Shown: positions 54,404 to 64,000 of the stretch, in pieces
Layout: every line of letters starts with the position of its first letter
How positions within the stretch are numbered: position 1 is the first letter of the stretch
Source: Edaphobacter sp.
Lineage (GTDB): Bacteria; Acidobacteriota; Terriglobia; Terriglobales; Acidobacteriaceae
DNA: 64,000 bases
Assembly (NCBI GenBank): GCA_965277575.1
Contig: CBDIDK010000001.1
Coordinates: 177,622-241,621 of the forward strand
Reading direction: 5' to 3'
Translations under genes and position numbers: made by a program
The notes under the pieces: generated by a model
Told to the model about the DNA's origin: nothing
Database searches by the model: none
What the model saw: only the letters and a program-made list of their open reading frames with translations

Positions 54404-57400
54404 ATGCGAACTCTTCATCAGCTTTTGCACTACGTCCTGATTCTCCTGCTGGCGGTCAGCACGGGCATCGGTTTCGCCCAGCAGACGCAGGCTTCGCTCA
54501 GCGGCCTCGTTCTCGACCCCCAGGGAGCCGCTATTCCGGACGCTACCGTGACGATCACGAATGTCGACACGAGCATTGCGCGGACGGTGAAGACGGGCTC
54601 GTCCGGCCGCTATACCGTGACCAACCTGAACCCGGGCAACTATGCCGTAACCGTCATGGTATCCGGCTTCGCGGAGAAGAAACTTACCGGTATCGTGCTC
54701 GAGGTTGGTGATCAAAAGTCACTCGATGTCCCTCTGACGCTCGGCGCCGCGACCGATATGGTCACAGTGGATGCGACCGCATCGATCACGGATACCGAGA
54801 GCTCTTCGCAGGGCACTGTCATCGACAACCAGCAGGTCGTCGGCCTTCCGCTTAATCAGCGTACCTTCTATGGACTTGCACTTCTGTCACCTGCGGCTTA
54901 TATGCCGGGACAGAACTCCACGCTCGGTTTCCGCGGCGGCTTCAACGTGGCCGGGAACAACGAGACAGCCAATACCTTCACCGTCAACGGAATCGACGAC
55001 AACGATCAGAACGTCATGACGCCCTCGTTCCGGCCATCCGTCGAAGGCATTCAGGAGTTCAAGCTGCTGACCGGCGTGTATTCGGCCGAGTACGGGCGCA
55101 CATCAGGCGGCCAGGTCGTCGTTATCACCAAGACGGGCACCAATCAGTTCCACGGCGATCTCTTCGAGTTCATTCGCAACTCGCAGTTCGACGCGAAGAA
55201 CTACTTCACCATCCCCAACACCCCGACCACCTTTCGCCGCAATCAGTTTGGAGGCACCATCGGCGGCCCCATCATCAAGGACCGAGCCTTCTTCTTCCTG
55301 AGCTATGAAGGTTTACGCCTGGCGCAGCCAGTGGTCGCACAGACCAACGTGCCCAATCCGGCCTTCCAGACCGGCGACTTCAGCTCACTGCTTGCAGGAA
55401 GCACTCCAGTCCAGTTGTTCTACCCCGGAACGAAGACTCCGATTCCGGGCAATCAGATTACAACGGGTTTGAGCCCCCTCGGCGTCGCGCTGCTGAAGCT
55501 TTACCCTGCCCCGGACCCCGGACAGAACCTCGCCACAAACCCAAAGCCGACTTACACATTCAATGAAAAGAGAGTGGAAAACCTCGATGAAGGTTCCGCT
55601 CGGGTCGACATCAAACTTTCAGACAAAGATTCCCTCCTGATTCAATACAACTACTTCACCGATCCATCCTTCGAACCGTCCAATTCCCTCTGCGGCTCTG
55701 CGGTCATCCCGGGCTTCGGTTGCACAACCAACCAGATTTCTACACTGGCTGGGATCAACTACACCCGCATCCTCAGTGCGAACTGGCTGAATGAATTCCG
55801 CGTTGGCTTCGACCGGCTCGAGCAGCCTCGCACCGGCCAGGACGTAAATAACGGCTTCCCCAAGATTCCCGGCGCGTTCAACGATCCAACTGTCTCCAGC
55901 TCCATCAATGGCGGTGCGCCGTCTACTGCGGTCTCAGGCTATGCGTCGCTTCACCCATATCAAAACCTGCCGCAGCATCGCTACGACAACCACTACAACA
56001 TCGTCAACAACACCACGTATTCACACGGCAAACACAACTTCAAGTTTGGCGTAAACCTGGTCGGGGCGCGCTATCTGGACCTCTACGTGGCCGATGGCAC
56101 GGGTGTCTTCACCTTTACGGCGAGCAATGTAAACGGCGCGCAGACGACCGGGTATTCGGCGGCGGACCTTGCGCTCGGCCTTCCAACAACATCCACCCGC
56201 AGCCCGACCGCCCCTGACTACGAGCCTCATTACAACAGCCTGGGCGGATACGTGCAGGACGACTGGAAGGTGACACGGAATCTGACGCTGAACCTGGGCC
56301 TGCGGTATGAGTACTTCAGCCCGGCGTGGGATGCACGCAACATTATCTCCAATTACGCGCTGCCTACCTCAGCGAGTCCGGCCGGCAATATCGTGGTTGC
56401 CGGCGCCAACGGCGCGGGTCAGCAGGTCTACAACCCCGATCTGAACAACTTCGGACCACGGCTCGGTCTGGCTTATCAGCCGTTCGGAGATGCAAAGACC
56501 GTGGTCCACGCCTCCTACGGCATCTTTTACAACTCACCGTCCATCGGAAATGGCGCGATTCTTTCCATGCAGATCAACCCGCCATTCCGCCTCGTGCAGA
56601 GCTTCACCAGCGTGACCGGAGCCCAGGCTCAACTGGATACAACTCCCTTTCCTTCGATCGCGGGAATCACTCCCGATGGCACGACCCCGCAGCTTGCCTA
56701 CCCGAACGTCTCTCCCACCGGGATCGATCCAAATTTCCGAACCCTTTACATGGACGAATTCGGCGCTGACGTGCAGCAGCAGCTTACCCCTACCCTGGCT
56801 CTGACCGTCGGTTTCATCGGTAACGAAGGCGTCAGAATACCTCGTTTGATCCTTCCCAACCAGGGTATCGTCACCTCCGCAACCGCAACCACCGTCTCCT
56901 CCTACAGGCCTCTCGTTGGCGCTGCGGGCGTCACCTATCCCGCCGGCACGACGCCATACGCCGTAGGCCCGGTTCCAGGTCCGTTCAGACCGCCCGCCTA
57001 CTACCAGATTGGCAATGTTACCTACTACGTCAGCACCGGCCACTCCAGCTACAACGCAATGACGGTCAAGGTGCAGAAGAGCTACGGCAACGGTCTGTCC
57101 TTCATCCTCGCGTACACGTTTGCCAAATCGCTCGACAACGCTCCCGGCTATGCAAGCAGCAGTCAGTCGTCCTCGGGAACCCCTCAGGACAGTCGCAACC
57201 TCAAGGCAGAACGTGGTCTGTCAGACTTCAACGTGGGGAACCGTCTCGTAGTCAGCCCTGTCTACGAACTGCCGTTCGGCAAAAACAAGCCCTTTCTGGC
57301 GAATGGATTCGCTGGCCGAGTCCTCGGCGGATTCCAGTTGTCGGGAATCTACTCGTTCGACACCGGAAGGCCCTTCACCATCTCAACGACTGGAAATCGA

Positions 57401-57802
57401 TCCGGCTCCATCTACGGCGTCGACCGCCCCAACGTAATCGGCAACCCAAACTCTGGTCCCAGGTCTGTCGCTCAGTTTTTCAATACGGCCGCCTTTACCG
57501 CCAACAACTACGGCCAGTTCGGCAATGAAGGGCGCAACACCCTGATCGGACCGAAGTACTCCGATATGGACATTGCCATCCAGCGTGCCCTGCTTCTTAC
57601 CGAACGCTACTCGTTGCAGTTCCGGGCGGAGTCGTTCAATGTCCTCAATCACCCGAACTTTCTCAACCCGCTTGGCACCAGCTCAGGGGAGTACATTCCC
57701 ACCTCGTCCTCCAACCCGGCTAACAGCAACGCCCTCTTCGGCAAGCTGACCGCCGCAAACGATCCCCGCTCAATGCAGTTCAGCATGAAGATGCTGTTCT
57801 GA
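54404..57802 (+). CDS. TonB-dependent receptor-like outer-membrane protein with CarboxypepD_reg N-domain (TBDR-3)
   Basis: ATG 54404 after AGGAG, with a signal peptide ending GFAQQ. ASLSGLVLDPQGAAIPDATVTI...YAVTVMVSGF. Plug-like GLPLNQRTFYGL. C-terminal QFSMKMLF. Confidence 0.85.
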   Translation: MRTLHQLLHYVLILLLAVSTGIGFAQQTQASLSGLVLDPQGAAIPDATVTITNVDTSIARTVKTGSSGRYTVTNLNPGNYAVTVMVSGFAEKKLTGIVLEVGDQKSLDVPLTLGAATDMVTVDATASITDTESSSQGTVIDNQQVVGLPLNQRTFYGLALLSPAAYMPGQNSTLGFRGGFNVAGNNETANTFTVNGIDDNDQNVMTPSFRPSVEGIQEFKLLTGVYSAEYGRTSGGQVVVITKTGTNQFHGDLFEFIRNSQFDAKNYFTIPNTPTTFRRNQFGGTIGGPIIKDRAFFFLSYEGLRLAQPVVAQTNVPNPAFQTGDFSSLLAGSTPVQLFYPGTKTPIPGNQITTGLSPLGVALLKLYPAPDPGQNLATNPKPTYTFNEKRVENLDEGSARVDIKLSDKDSLLIQYNYFTDPSFEPSNSLCGSAVIPGFGCTTNQISTLAGINYTRILSANWLNEFRVGFDRLEQPRTGQDVNNGFPKIPGAFNDPTVSSSINGGAPSTAVSGYASLHPYQNLPQHRYDNHYNIVNNTTYSHGKHNFKFGVNLVGARYLDLYVADGTGVFTFTASNVNGAQTTGYSAADLALGLPTTSTRSPTAPDYEPHYNSLGGYVQDDWKVTRNLTLNLGLRYEYFSPAWDARNIISNYALPTSASPAGNIVVAGANGAGQQVYNPDLNNFGPRLGLAYQPFGDAKTVVHASYGIFYNSPSIGNGAILSMQINPPFRLVQSFTSVTGAQAQLDTTPFPSIAGITPDGTTPQLAYPNVSPTGIDPNFRTLYMDEFGADVQQQLTPTLALTVGFIGNEGVRIPRLILPNQGIVTSATATTVSSYRPLVGAAGVTYPAGTTPYAVGPVPGPFRPPAYYQIGNVTYYVSTGHSSYNAMTVKVQKSYGNGLSFILAYTFAKSLDNAPGYASSSQSSSGTPQDSRNLKAERGLSDFNVGNRLVVSPVYELPFGKNKPFLANGFAGRVLGGFQLSGIYSFDTGRPFTISTTGNRSGSIYGVDRPNVIGNPNSGPRSVAQFFNTAAFTANNYGQFGNEGRNTLIGPKYSDMDIAIQRALLLTERYSLQFRAESFNVLNHPNFLNPLGTSSGEYIPTSSSNPANSNALFGKLTAANDPRSMQFSMKMLF

Positions 57803-57976
57803 TCATCGACTTGCACTCGTACGCCTGCGCCGGGCCGAACCCTTTTTAGCTGCGCGCAGGCGTTGCCTCTTGCGACTGTAGACCAGACGTGTTAGGAACA
57901 TAGGTCTACTTTTGTAGTTAACTTCACGGTTTTCCCGGGCTCTGGATTCTCTCAGGGCGCGGCACAAAAAGGAACG

Positions 57977-60900
57977 ATGGGACCTCTGTCGAAGACATAC
58001 GCTGCCCTGGCTGGACGTAGCCGCTCCACAACCTTCATCGCACTTGTTGTTGCCGCCTCTGCCTCCCTGCCCTTGCTCAGTGTTGCTGTGCACGCACAGG
58101 AACAAAAAGCAGCCTCCCCGTACGCTGAACTCAAATTTCGCCAGATCGGACCGTTTCGCGGCGGCCGCTCCGGCGCGGTAACCGGAGTCCAGTCGCAGCC
58201 GCTGACCTTCTACATGGGCGCGACCGGCGGCGGAATCTTCAAGACCGTCGATGGCGGCCATCACTGGCTGCCGGTTGCGGACGGCCAGCTTAAGCTCGGC
58301 TCCATCGGCGCCATCGCGGTCGCCGACTCCGACCCCAACATCATCTACGCAGGCACCGGAGAGGGCGACCTCCGCGGTAACGCATCCCACGGCGACGGTG
58401 TCTACAAATCCACCGACGCAGGCCATACCTGGAAGAACATAGGCCTCACCGATACCCAGCAGATCGCCGCCCTGCGTATCGACCCAAAGAATCCGGACAT
58501 AGCCTATGTCGCCGCGATGGGCCACATGACCGGGCCGAACGAAGAACGCGGCGTCTTCCGCACGAAAGACGGCGGCAAGACCTGGCAGAAGGTCCTGTTC
58601 AAGAGCAATCTGGCCGGCGCCGTGGATATCTCGATCGATCCGCTCAACTCAAGCGTGCTCTACGCCTCCATCTGGCAGTACATCCGCAAGCCCTGGACCT
58701 TCGAGAGCGGCGGCCCCGACAGCGGGCTGTACAAATCCACCGACGGCGGCGACACCTGGAAGGAGATCACGCGCAATCCCGGTCTCCCCAAAGGCGTAAT
58801 CGGCAGAATCGGCATCGCCGTCTCCCCCGTCCGCGCAGGCAGCGCGTGGGTCCTCGTCGAAGCCGATGAGGGCGGCATCTTCCACACCGACGACGGCGGC
58901 GCAACCTGGACCAAGGTCAACGATAAACGCGAGGTCAAGCAGCGCGCCTGGTACTACTCCCGCATCTTCGCCGACCCCAAGAGCGCCGACACCATGTACG
59001 CGCTCAACACCAGCTTCTATCGCTCCATCGACGGCGGCCGCACCTTCAAAGCCATCCCTACCGACCACGGCGACAACCACGACCTCTGGATCGCGAACGA
59101 CGATCCGAACCGCATGATCGAATCGAACGACGGTGGAGCCAACATCACCTTCGACGGCGGAAAGAGCTTCAGCACCGAGATGAACCAGCCTACCGGTCAG
59201 TTCTATCGCGTCGCGCTCGATCAGGACTTCCCCTACAACATCTATGGCGCGCAGCAGGACAACACCACCGTCGAGACTTCCAGCCGAGGCAACAGTGGAG
59301 CCATCACCGAATCGGACTGGCATGAGGTTGGGGGCGGTGAGAGCGGCTGGATTGCGCCCGATCCGGCCAACTCGCAGTTCGTCTATGCCGGCTCCTACGA
59401 CGGTCTGCTGACGCGCTACGACAACCGCACCGGCGCTCTGCGCAACGTGACCGTATGGCCCGACAACCCGATGGGCTCCGGTGTAGAGGCGATGAAGTAT
59501 CGCTTTCAATGGAGCTATCCTCTGCTCTTTTCGCCGCACGATCCGAAGCTCCTCTATGCCGGCAGCAACGTGCTCCTCGGCACGCGCGACGAAGGCCAGA
59601 GCTGGACCGTAATGAGCCCTGACCTCACCCGCAACGACAAATCGAAGCAGGGCCCCGTCGGCGGCCCCATCACCAAGGACAACACAGCCGTCGAATACTA
59701 CGACACCATCTTCACAATCGACGAGTCGACCGTCGAAAAAGGCCTCATCTGGGTGGGCTCCGACGATGGACTGATTCATCTCACCCGCGATGGCGGAAAG
59801 AACTGGCAGGACGTCACCCCCAAGGGCATTCCAGAGTTCATCCGCATGAACTGTATCGCGGCGTCGCCCTTTGACGCGGGAACCGCCTACCTCGCGGCAA
59901 CCATGTACCTCAGCGACGACTACCATCCCTTTCTTTACAAGACCACCGACTTCGGAAAGACCTGGACCAAAATTACCGCAGGCATTCCCGACGACGACTT
60001 CACGCGCACCATCCGCCCCGATCCAAAGCAAAAGGGTCTGTTGATCGCCGGCACCGAAGCTCACCTCTACATCTCCTACAACGATGGTGCGAGCTGGTCG
60101 CCTTTCCAGTTGAACCTGCCCAACGTTCCCATAACCGACATTACCTTCCAGAAGCGTGACGACGATCTCGTGGTTGCAACACAGGGACGCGGCTTCTATG
60201 TCCTCGGAGATATGCCGCTGGTGCGCGAGATGGCCTCCGGCAAGCTCCCCGAAGCACCTCTTCATCTCTACGCCCCAAAGGACGCCTACCGGTACGTTGG
60301 CGGTGGCGGCGGCTTTGGACCACCCCCCACCGACGCGGGCCAGAACCCGCCAGGAGGTGTGGTGCTCTACTACACGCTCAAATCCAAGCCCTCCTCCGAC
60401 GTGGTCATCCGGGTTAAGGATTCCAATGGGAAGCTCGTCAACGAGTTCACCTCCAAGCCCGAGCCTAAGGAAGCGGCTTCGCTCGAAGAAGATGACGGCA
60501 GGCGAGCCGCGCCGAAGCCAACGACAAAGCCGGGCATGAACCGCTTCGTCTGGGATCTGCGGTACACCGATGCGACCAAGTTTCCGGGAATGATCTTCTG
60601 GGCTGCGGGAGTACGCGGGCCGCTGGTGGTTCCGGGCAAATACACCATCGAAGTCACGGCAGACGGCCATACCGACACCCAATCCGCAACCGTGGTCCCC
60701 GATCCAAGGTCCCCGACTACACCCGAGGACTTCAAGAAACAGCTCGATCTCGCGCTGCAAGTCCGCGACCGGCTCTCGACTGCGAACCAGGCTGTAATCG
60801 ACATCGAGGCTGCCAAACATCAGCTCGATGCCTATGCAGCCACCGCCGAACCGAAGGTTGCGACCGAGGCGAAGAACGTCTCCAAGCGCCTGGATGTCGT

Positions 60901-61177
60901 CGAGGACGCGATCTACCAGACCAAGCTCCGGGCCAGCGAGGACGCGTTGAACTTCCCCATCAAGCTGAACAACAAGCTTGGTTCGCTGCTCTCGACCGTG
61001 ACGTCGACCGACGTTGCGCCTACCACCCAGAGCTACGAGGTCTTCAAGGAGCTCTCCGCTCAACTCCAGGTGCAGCTCGATCAACTGCATTCGATCGAAA
61101 CCAGCGATGTAGCGGCATTCAACAAGTTGGTCAGGGACCAGAACATCCCGGCAATCACCATGAAGCCGGCGAAATAG
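57977..61177 (+). CDS. secreted BNR/Asp-box multi-propeller protein, sortilin/VPS10-like (paralog 1, 1066 aa)
   Basis: Signal peptide ending VHAQE. At least 10 Asp-box motifs (SxDxGxTW-type: KSTDAGHTW, RTKDGGKTW, KSTDGGDTW, HTDDGGATW, RSIDGGRTF, TRDGGKNW, KTTDFGKTW ...). Confidence 0.7.
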   Translation: MGPLSKTYAALAGRSRSTTFIALVVAASASLPLLSVAVHAQEQKAASPYAELKFRQIGPFRGGRSGAVTGVQSQPLTFYMGATGGGIFKTVDGGHHWLPVADGQLKLGSIGAIAVADSDPNIIYAGTGEGDLRGNASHGDGVYKSTDAGHTWKNIGLTDTQQIAALRIDPKNPDIAYVAAMGHMTGPNEERGVFRTKDGGKTWQKVLFKSNLAGAVDISIDPLNSSVLYASIWQYIRKPWTFESGGPDSGLYKSTDGGDTWKEITRNPGLPKGVIGRIGIAVSPVRAGSAWVLVEADEGGIFHTDDGGATWTKVNDKREVKQRAWYYSRIFADPKSADTMYALNTSFYRSIDGGRTFKAIPTDHGDNHDLWIANDDPNRMIESNDGGANITFDGGKSFSTEMNQPTGQFYRVALDQDFPYNIYGAQQDNTTVETSSRGNSGAITESDWHEVGGGESGWIAPDPANSQFVYAGSYDGLLTRYDNRTGALRNVTVWPDNPMGSGVEAMKYRFQWSYPLLFSPHDPKLLYAGSNVLLGTRDEGQSWTVMSPDLTRNDKSKQGPVGGPITKDNTAVEYYDTIFTIDESTVEKGLIWVGSDDGLIHLTRDGGKNWQDVTPKGIPEFIRMNCIAASPFDAGTAYLAATMYLSDDYHPFLYKTTDFGKTWTKITAGIPDDDFTRTIRPDPKQKGLLIAGTEAHLYISYNDGASWSPFQLNLPNVPITDITFQKRDDDLVVATQGRGFYVLGDMPLVREMASGKLPEAPLHLYAPKDAYRYVGGGGGFGPPPTDAGQNPPGGVVLYYTLKSKPSSDVVIRVKDSNGKLVNEFTSKPEPKEAASLEEDDGRRAAPKPTTKPGMNRFVWDLRYTDATKFPGMIFWAAGVRGPLVVPGKYTIEVTADGHTDTQSATVVPDPRSPTTPEDFKKQLDLALQVRDRLSTANQAVIDIEAAKHQLDAYAATAEPKVATEAKNVSKRLDVVEDAIYQTKLRASEDALNFPIKLNNKLGSLLSTVTSTDVAPTTQSYEVFKELSAQLQVQLDQLHSIETSDVAAFNKLVRDQNIPAITMKPAK

Positions 61178-61182
61178 CTGTC

Positions 61183-61220
61183 GGGGCGAGTGTCTGTGTC
61201 GAACTCGCCCCTTTCTTCTG
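61183..61220 (+). terminator. intrinsic terminator candidate
   Basis: 9-bp stem GGGGCGAGT/ACTCGCCCC with an 11-nt loop, followed by TTTCTTCTG. Located 6 nt after the stop of paralog 1. Confidence 0.6.
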
Positions 61221-61251
61221 CTCCAAAAAGGGTAAGTACAAGGAGAGAATC

Positions 61252-64000
61252 TTGAACAAAGGGCTTCTGGTCTTCGCGGTCGTATGCTGTCTTGGCGCTC
61301 AATCGCTGGCGGGGGCGGCCCAGGAGCCAAGCCCCTTCGGTCCCTTGAAATGGCGCAGCATCGGCCCCAACCGCGGAGGCCGTTCGCTCACCTCCGCGGG
61401 CAGCCAGGCGCGTCCGCTCGAGTACTACTTCGGAGCGGTCGGCGGCGGCCTGTGGAAGACCACCGACGGCGGCACAACCTGGGCCCCGATGACCGACGGA
61501 AAGATCGCAAGCTCCTCGGTCGGAGCCGTTGCCATCGCTCCCTCCAATCCAGACATCGTGTACGCCGGCATGGGCGAAAGCGAGCTCCGCGGCAATGTGA
61601 TGCAAGGCGACGGCATCTACAAGACCACCGACGGCGGCAAGACCTGGAAGCACTCCGGCCTCGTAAACTCACAGGCGATCTCGCGCATCCGGGTCGATGC
61701 CAACGATCCCAATCTCGTCTACGCCGCGGTGCTTGGCGCGCCCTACGGAGCCAACACCGAGCGCGGCATCTTCCGTTCGCGCGACGGCGGCGCCACCTGG
61801 CAGAAGATCCTCTACCACAGCGATCGGGCCGGCGCCGAAGACCTCTCCATCGATCCCCACGATCCCAAAACCATGTACGCCTCCATCTGGGATGTCTTCC
61901 GCACACCCTGGTCGCTCTCGAGCGGTGGCCCCGCAAGCAGTCTCTATAAATCCGTCGACGGCGGCGACCATTGGACCGACATCACCCGTAACCCGGGCCT
62001 TCCCACCGGCATCATCGGCAAAATCGGCGTAGTCGTCTCGGGCGCGGACTCCAGGCGCGTCTTCGCCATCGTCGAAAATGAAGACGGCGGCGTCTATCGC
62101 TCCGACGATTCCGGGGCAACCTGGACCAAGATCAACGATGACCGCAAGGTTCGGCAGCGCGCCTTCTACTACTCCCGCATCTTCGCCGACCCCAAAAATC
62201 GCGAGGTCGTCTACGTCGTCAACACCGCGTTCTTCAAATCGATCGACGGCGGCAAGACCTTCAAGGGCATCCCGGTCCCGCATGGCGACAATCACGACCT
62301 TTGGATTGCTCCGGACGACCCCATGCGCATGATCGAATCCAACGATGGCGGAGCCAACGTCTCCACCAACGGCGGCAAGACATGGACCAATCAGGTCTAC
62401 CCCACCGCGCAGCTCTACCACGTAGCCACAACCACCGATATCCCCTACCAGGTCTGCGGAGCCCAGCAGGATAACACCACCGTCTGCGTCCCCAGCGATG
62501 CCGGCGCCAACTTCCGCAACCCCATGGCCAAGCCCGGCGACTGGCTCTACGCCGTCGGCGGCGGCGAAAGCGGCTACATCGCTCCCGATCCCGAGAACCC
62601 CAACATCTTCTATGCCGGCAGCCAGGGCGCGCTGTTAACCCGCTACGACCGCCGCACCGGAGCCTCGCGCGACGTGCAGGTCTATCCCCTCTTCTTCTCC
62701 GGCATGTCGGCCGGCTCGCTCAAGGAGCGCTGGCAGTGGACCTTCCCCATCGTCTTCGATCCGCTGGACGCAAAGACGCTCTACACCTCCTCGCAGCACC
62801 TGTGGAAGACGACCAACAAGGGTGAGAGCTGGACCGCGATCAGCCCCGACCTCACCCGCGCCGACCCCAAAACGCTCGGCGACTCCGGCGGCCCCATCAC
62901 CAAGGATCAGAACGGACCCGAGATATACGGAACCATCTTCACGGTTGCGCCATCGCGGCTCAGCGAAGGCACCATCTGGACCGGCTCGGACGATGGCCTG
63001 GCCTTCATCACGCGTGACGAGGGCAAGAACTGGGAGAAGGTCACGCCGCCGGGACTGCCCGAGTTCAGCCGCATCAGCATGATCGATGCCTCGTGGCATG
63101 AGCCCGGCGCTGCCTACCTGGCGGCAAATCACTACCAGCTCGACGATCGCAAACCCTACATCTTCCGGACGAAGGACTACGGCAAGACCTGGACCAAGAT
63201 CACGTCAGGCATCGCTGAAGGTGACTTCGTCCGCGTCGTCCGCGAAGACCCAATTCGCGCTGGCATGCTCTACGCAGGCACGGAGCACGGCATCTACATC
63301 TCCTTCGATAATGGCGATCACTGGCAGTCCTTTCGCCTCAACCTCCCGGACACGCAGGTGCCGGATATCACCATCCACGGCAGCGACGTCGTCATCGCCA
63401 CGCACGGCCGGTCGCTCTACATCCTCGACGACGTGGACGTGCTCCGGCAGGAGTCGGCCAAAACCCGCAAGGCTCCCCTCTATCTTTTTCAGCCGCGCCC
63501 CCTGGTCAAGAACGTCAAGGACGAGGTCTTCGACTATGAACTGGCCAAGGCTTCCGACAAAGTCACCGTCGAGATCCTCGACAAGGATGGGAAGCTCGTT
63601 CAGACCATGACCGGCACAGCCGAAGCTGACAAGAAGGCAGCCGCCGCCGAAGAAGAATCCGGAGGAGAGCGTAGACCCCCACCCAAGCTCCCTACCCGCG
63701 TCGCAGGCTTGAATCGGGTCACCTGGAACGGCCGCTATGCAGGACCTGCTAAGTTCGAAGGCATGATCTTCTGGGGCGCCAGCCCTGACGAAGGCCCGGC
63801 CGCCATTCCTGGCGACTACCAGGTCCGCATCAACGCCAACGGCCAGTCGCAGACGCAGTCTTTCAAGGTGCTCGCCGACCCCCGGGAGCCGGACATCGCA
63901 CAGGCCGATCTGGAAAAACAGTTCGACCTCGCGATGAAGATCCGCGGCCAGGTTACGCAGGCCAACGGCATGGTCTCGCACATACGCGAGATCCGGAAGA
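61252..64000 (+). CDS. secreted BNR/Asp-box sortilin/VPS10-like protein (paralog 2), 3' end outside the window
   Basis: Absent from the ORF track because it has no stop in the window. TTG 61252 follows AAGGAGAG. My hand translation covers about the first 230 codons and the last 13 codons and aligns with paralog 1 in both stretches; it reads LNKGLLVFAVVCCLGAQSLAGAAQ, KWRSIGPNRGGRS..., and Asp-boxes KTTDGGTTW, KTTDGGKTW, RSRDGGATW, KSVDGGDHW. I did not translate the ~2 kb in between. That the frame stays open to nt 64000 is inferred from the ORF track listing no + strand ORF in this phase after 61252. Confidence 0.7.
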   Translation, partial: MNKGLLVFAVVCCLGAQSLAGAAQEPSPFGPLKWRSIGPNRGGRSLTSAGSQARPLEYYFGAVGGGLWKTTDGGTTWAPMTDGKIASSSVGAVAIAPSNPDIVYAGMGESELRGNVMQGDGIYKTTDGGKTWKHSGLVNSQAISRIRVDANDPNLVYAAVLGAPYGANTERGIFRSRDGGATWQKILYHSDRAGAEDLSIDPHDPKTMYASIWDVFRTPWSLSSGGPASSLYKSVDGGDHWTDITRNPGLPTGIIGKIGVVVSGADSRRVFAIVENEDGGVYRSDDSGATWTKINDDRKVRQRAFYYSRIFADPKNREVVYVVNTAFFKSIDGGKTFKGIPVPHGDNHDLWIAPDDPMRMIESNDGGANVSTNGGKTWTNQVYPTAQLYHVATTTDIPYQVCGAQQDNTTVCVPSDAGANFRNPMAKPGDWLYAVGGGESGYIAPDPENPNIFYAGSQGALLTRYDRRTGASRDVQVYPLFFSGMSAGSLKERWQWTFPIVFDPLDAKTLYTSSQHLWKTTNKGESWTAISPDLTRADPKTLGDSGGPITKDQNGPEIYGTIFTVAPSRLSEGTIWTGSDDGLAFITRDEGKNWEKVTPPGLPEFSRISMIDASWHEPGAAYLAANHYQLDDRKPYIFRTKDYGKTWTKITSGIAEGDFVRVVREDPIRAGMLYAGTEHGIYISFDNGDHWQSFRLNLPDTQVPDITIHGSDVVIATHGRSLYILDDVDVLRQESAKTRKAPLYLFQPRPLVKNVKDEVFDYELAKASDKVTVEILDKDGKLVQTMTGTAEADKKAAAAEEESGGERRPPPKLPTRVAGLNRVTWNGRYAGPAKFEGMIFWGASPDEGPAAIPGDYQVRINANGQSQTQSFKVLADPREPDIAQADLEKQFDLAMKIRGQVTQANGMVSHIREIRK

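Noticed and set aside
57821-57914. Two hairpins after TBDR-3: ACGCCTGCGC/GCGCAGGCGT with a 23-nt loop, and GTAGACC/GGTCTAC followed by TTTTG.
   Set aside because: The loops are large or the stems short. They are plausible weak terminators or attenuators between TBDR-3 and the first VPS10-like gene, but not convincing without transcript-end data.
58649-61330. 893-aa ORF on the minus strand. Similar long antisense ORFs occur at 35578-37218 (546 aa), 7917-9326 (469 aa), 24640-25965 (441 aa), 26456-27598 (380 aa) and 45064-46089 (341 aa).
   Set aside because: Each lies entirely antisense to a gene with clear family motifs. The translations are Arg/Gly/Ala/Val-rich low-complexity strings with no motifs. 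High third-position GC on the sense strand suppresses stop codons in the antisense frame, so these are shadow ORFs.

Overview
GC-rich bacterial chromosomal window. The gene content suggests an Acidobacteriota (Terriglobia-like) genome: three ~1100-1200-aa TonB-dependent receptors with CarboxypepD_reg-type N-domains and no SusD partner, hopanoid genes, and an 'FRMT/PERSE'-type repeat. This is an inference, not a search result. Layout: (i) 1-5.6 kb, hopanoid side-chain cluster shc(partial)-hpnH-orf148-hpnA-hpnG-Zn-ADH. (ii) 5.7-10.1 kb, sigma-54 activator plus a large PDZ/GAF/PAS histidine kinase. (iii) 10.4-21.6 kb, mixed housekeeping genes: two alpha/beta hydrolases, M20 deacylase, recQ, HGSNAT-like acyltransferase, S10 carboxypeptidase, small basic ORF, ribBA, SYLF protein. 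(iv) tRNA-Ser(GGA) bracketed by two copies of a ~170-190-bp MITE-like repeat. (v) lipoprotein SBP plus an OmpR/HK pair, followed by three phased 17-bp repeats. (vi) 26-64 kb, an uptake/hydrolase island with 3 TBDRs, 4 M20/M28 peptidases, 2 very large M14 carboxypeptidases, an S9 hydrolase, a Tat-amidase, a tannase-family esterase, a GDSL-Ig esterase and two tandem sortilin/VPS10-like BNR proteins (the second runs off the window). No CRISPR, rRNA, transposase, integrase or recognisable defence genes were seen. Two items stand out. A Zn-ADH at the end of the hpn operon is a candidate for the unassigned ribosylhopane-to-bacteriohopanetetrol reduction. The TBDR-centred island contains only exopeptidases. 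All family calls come from motif recognition by eye; no database search was possible, and start codons are the least certain part of each call.
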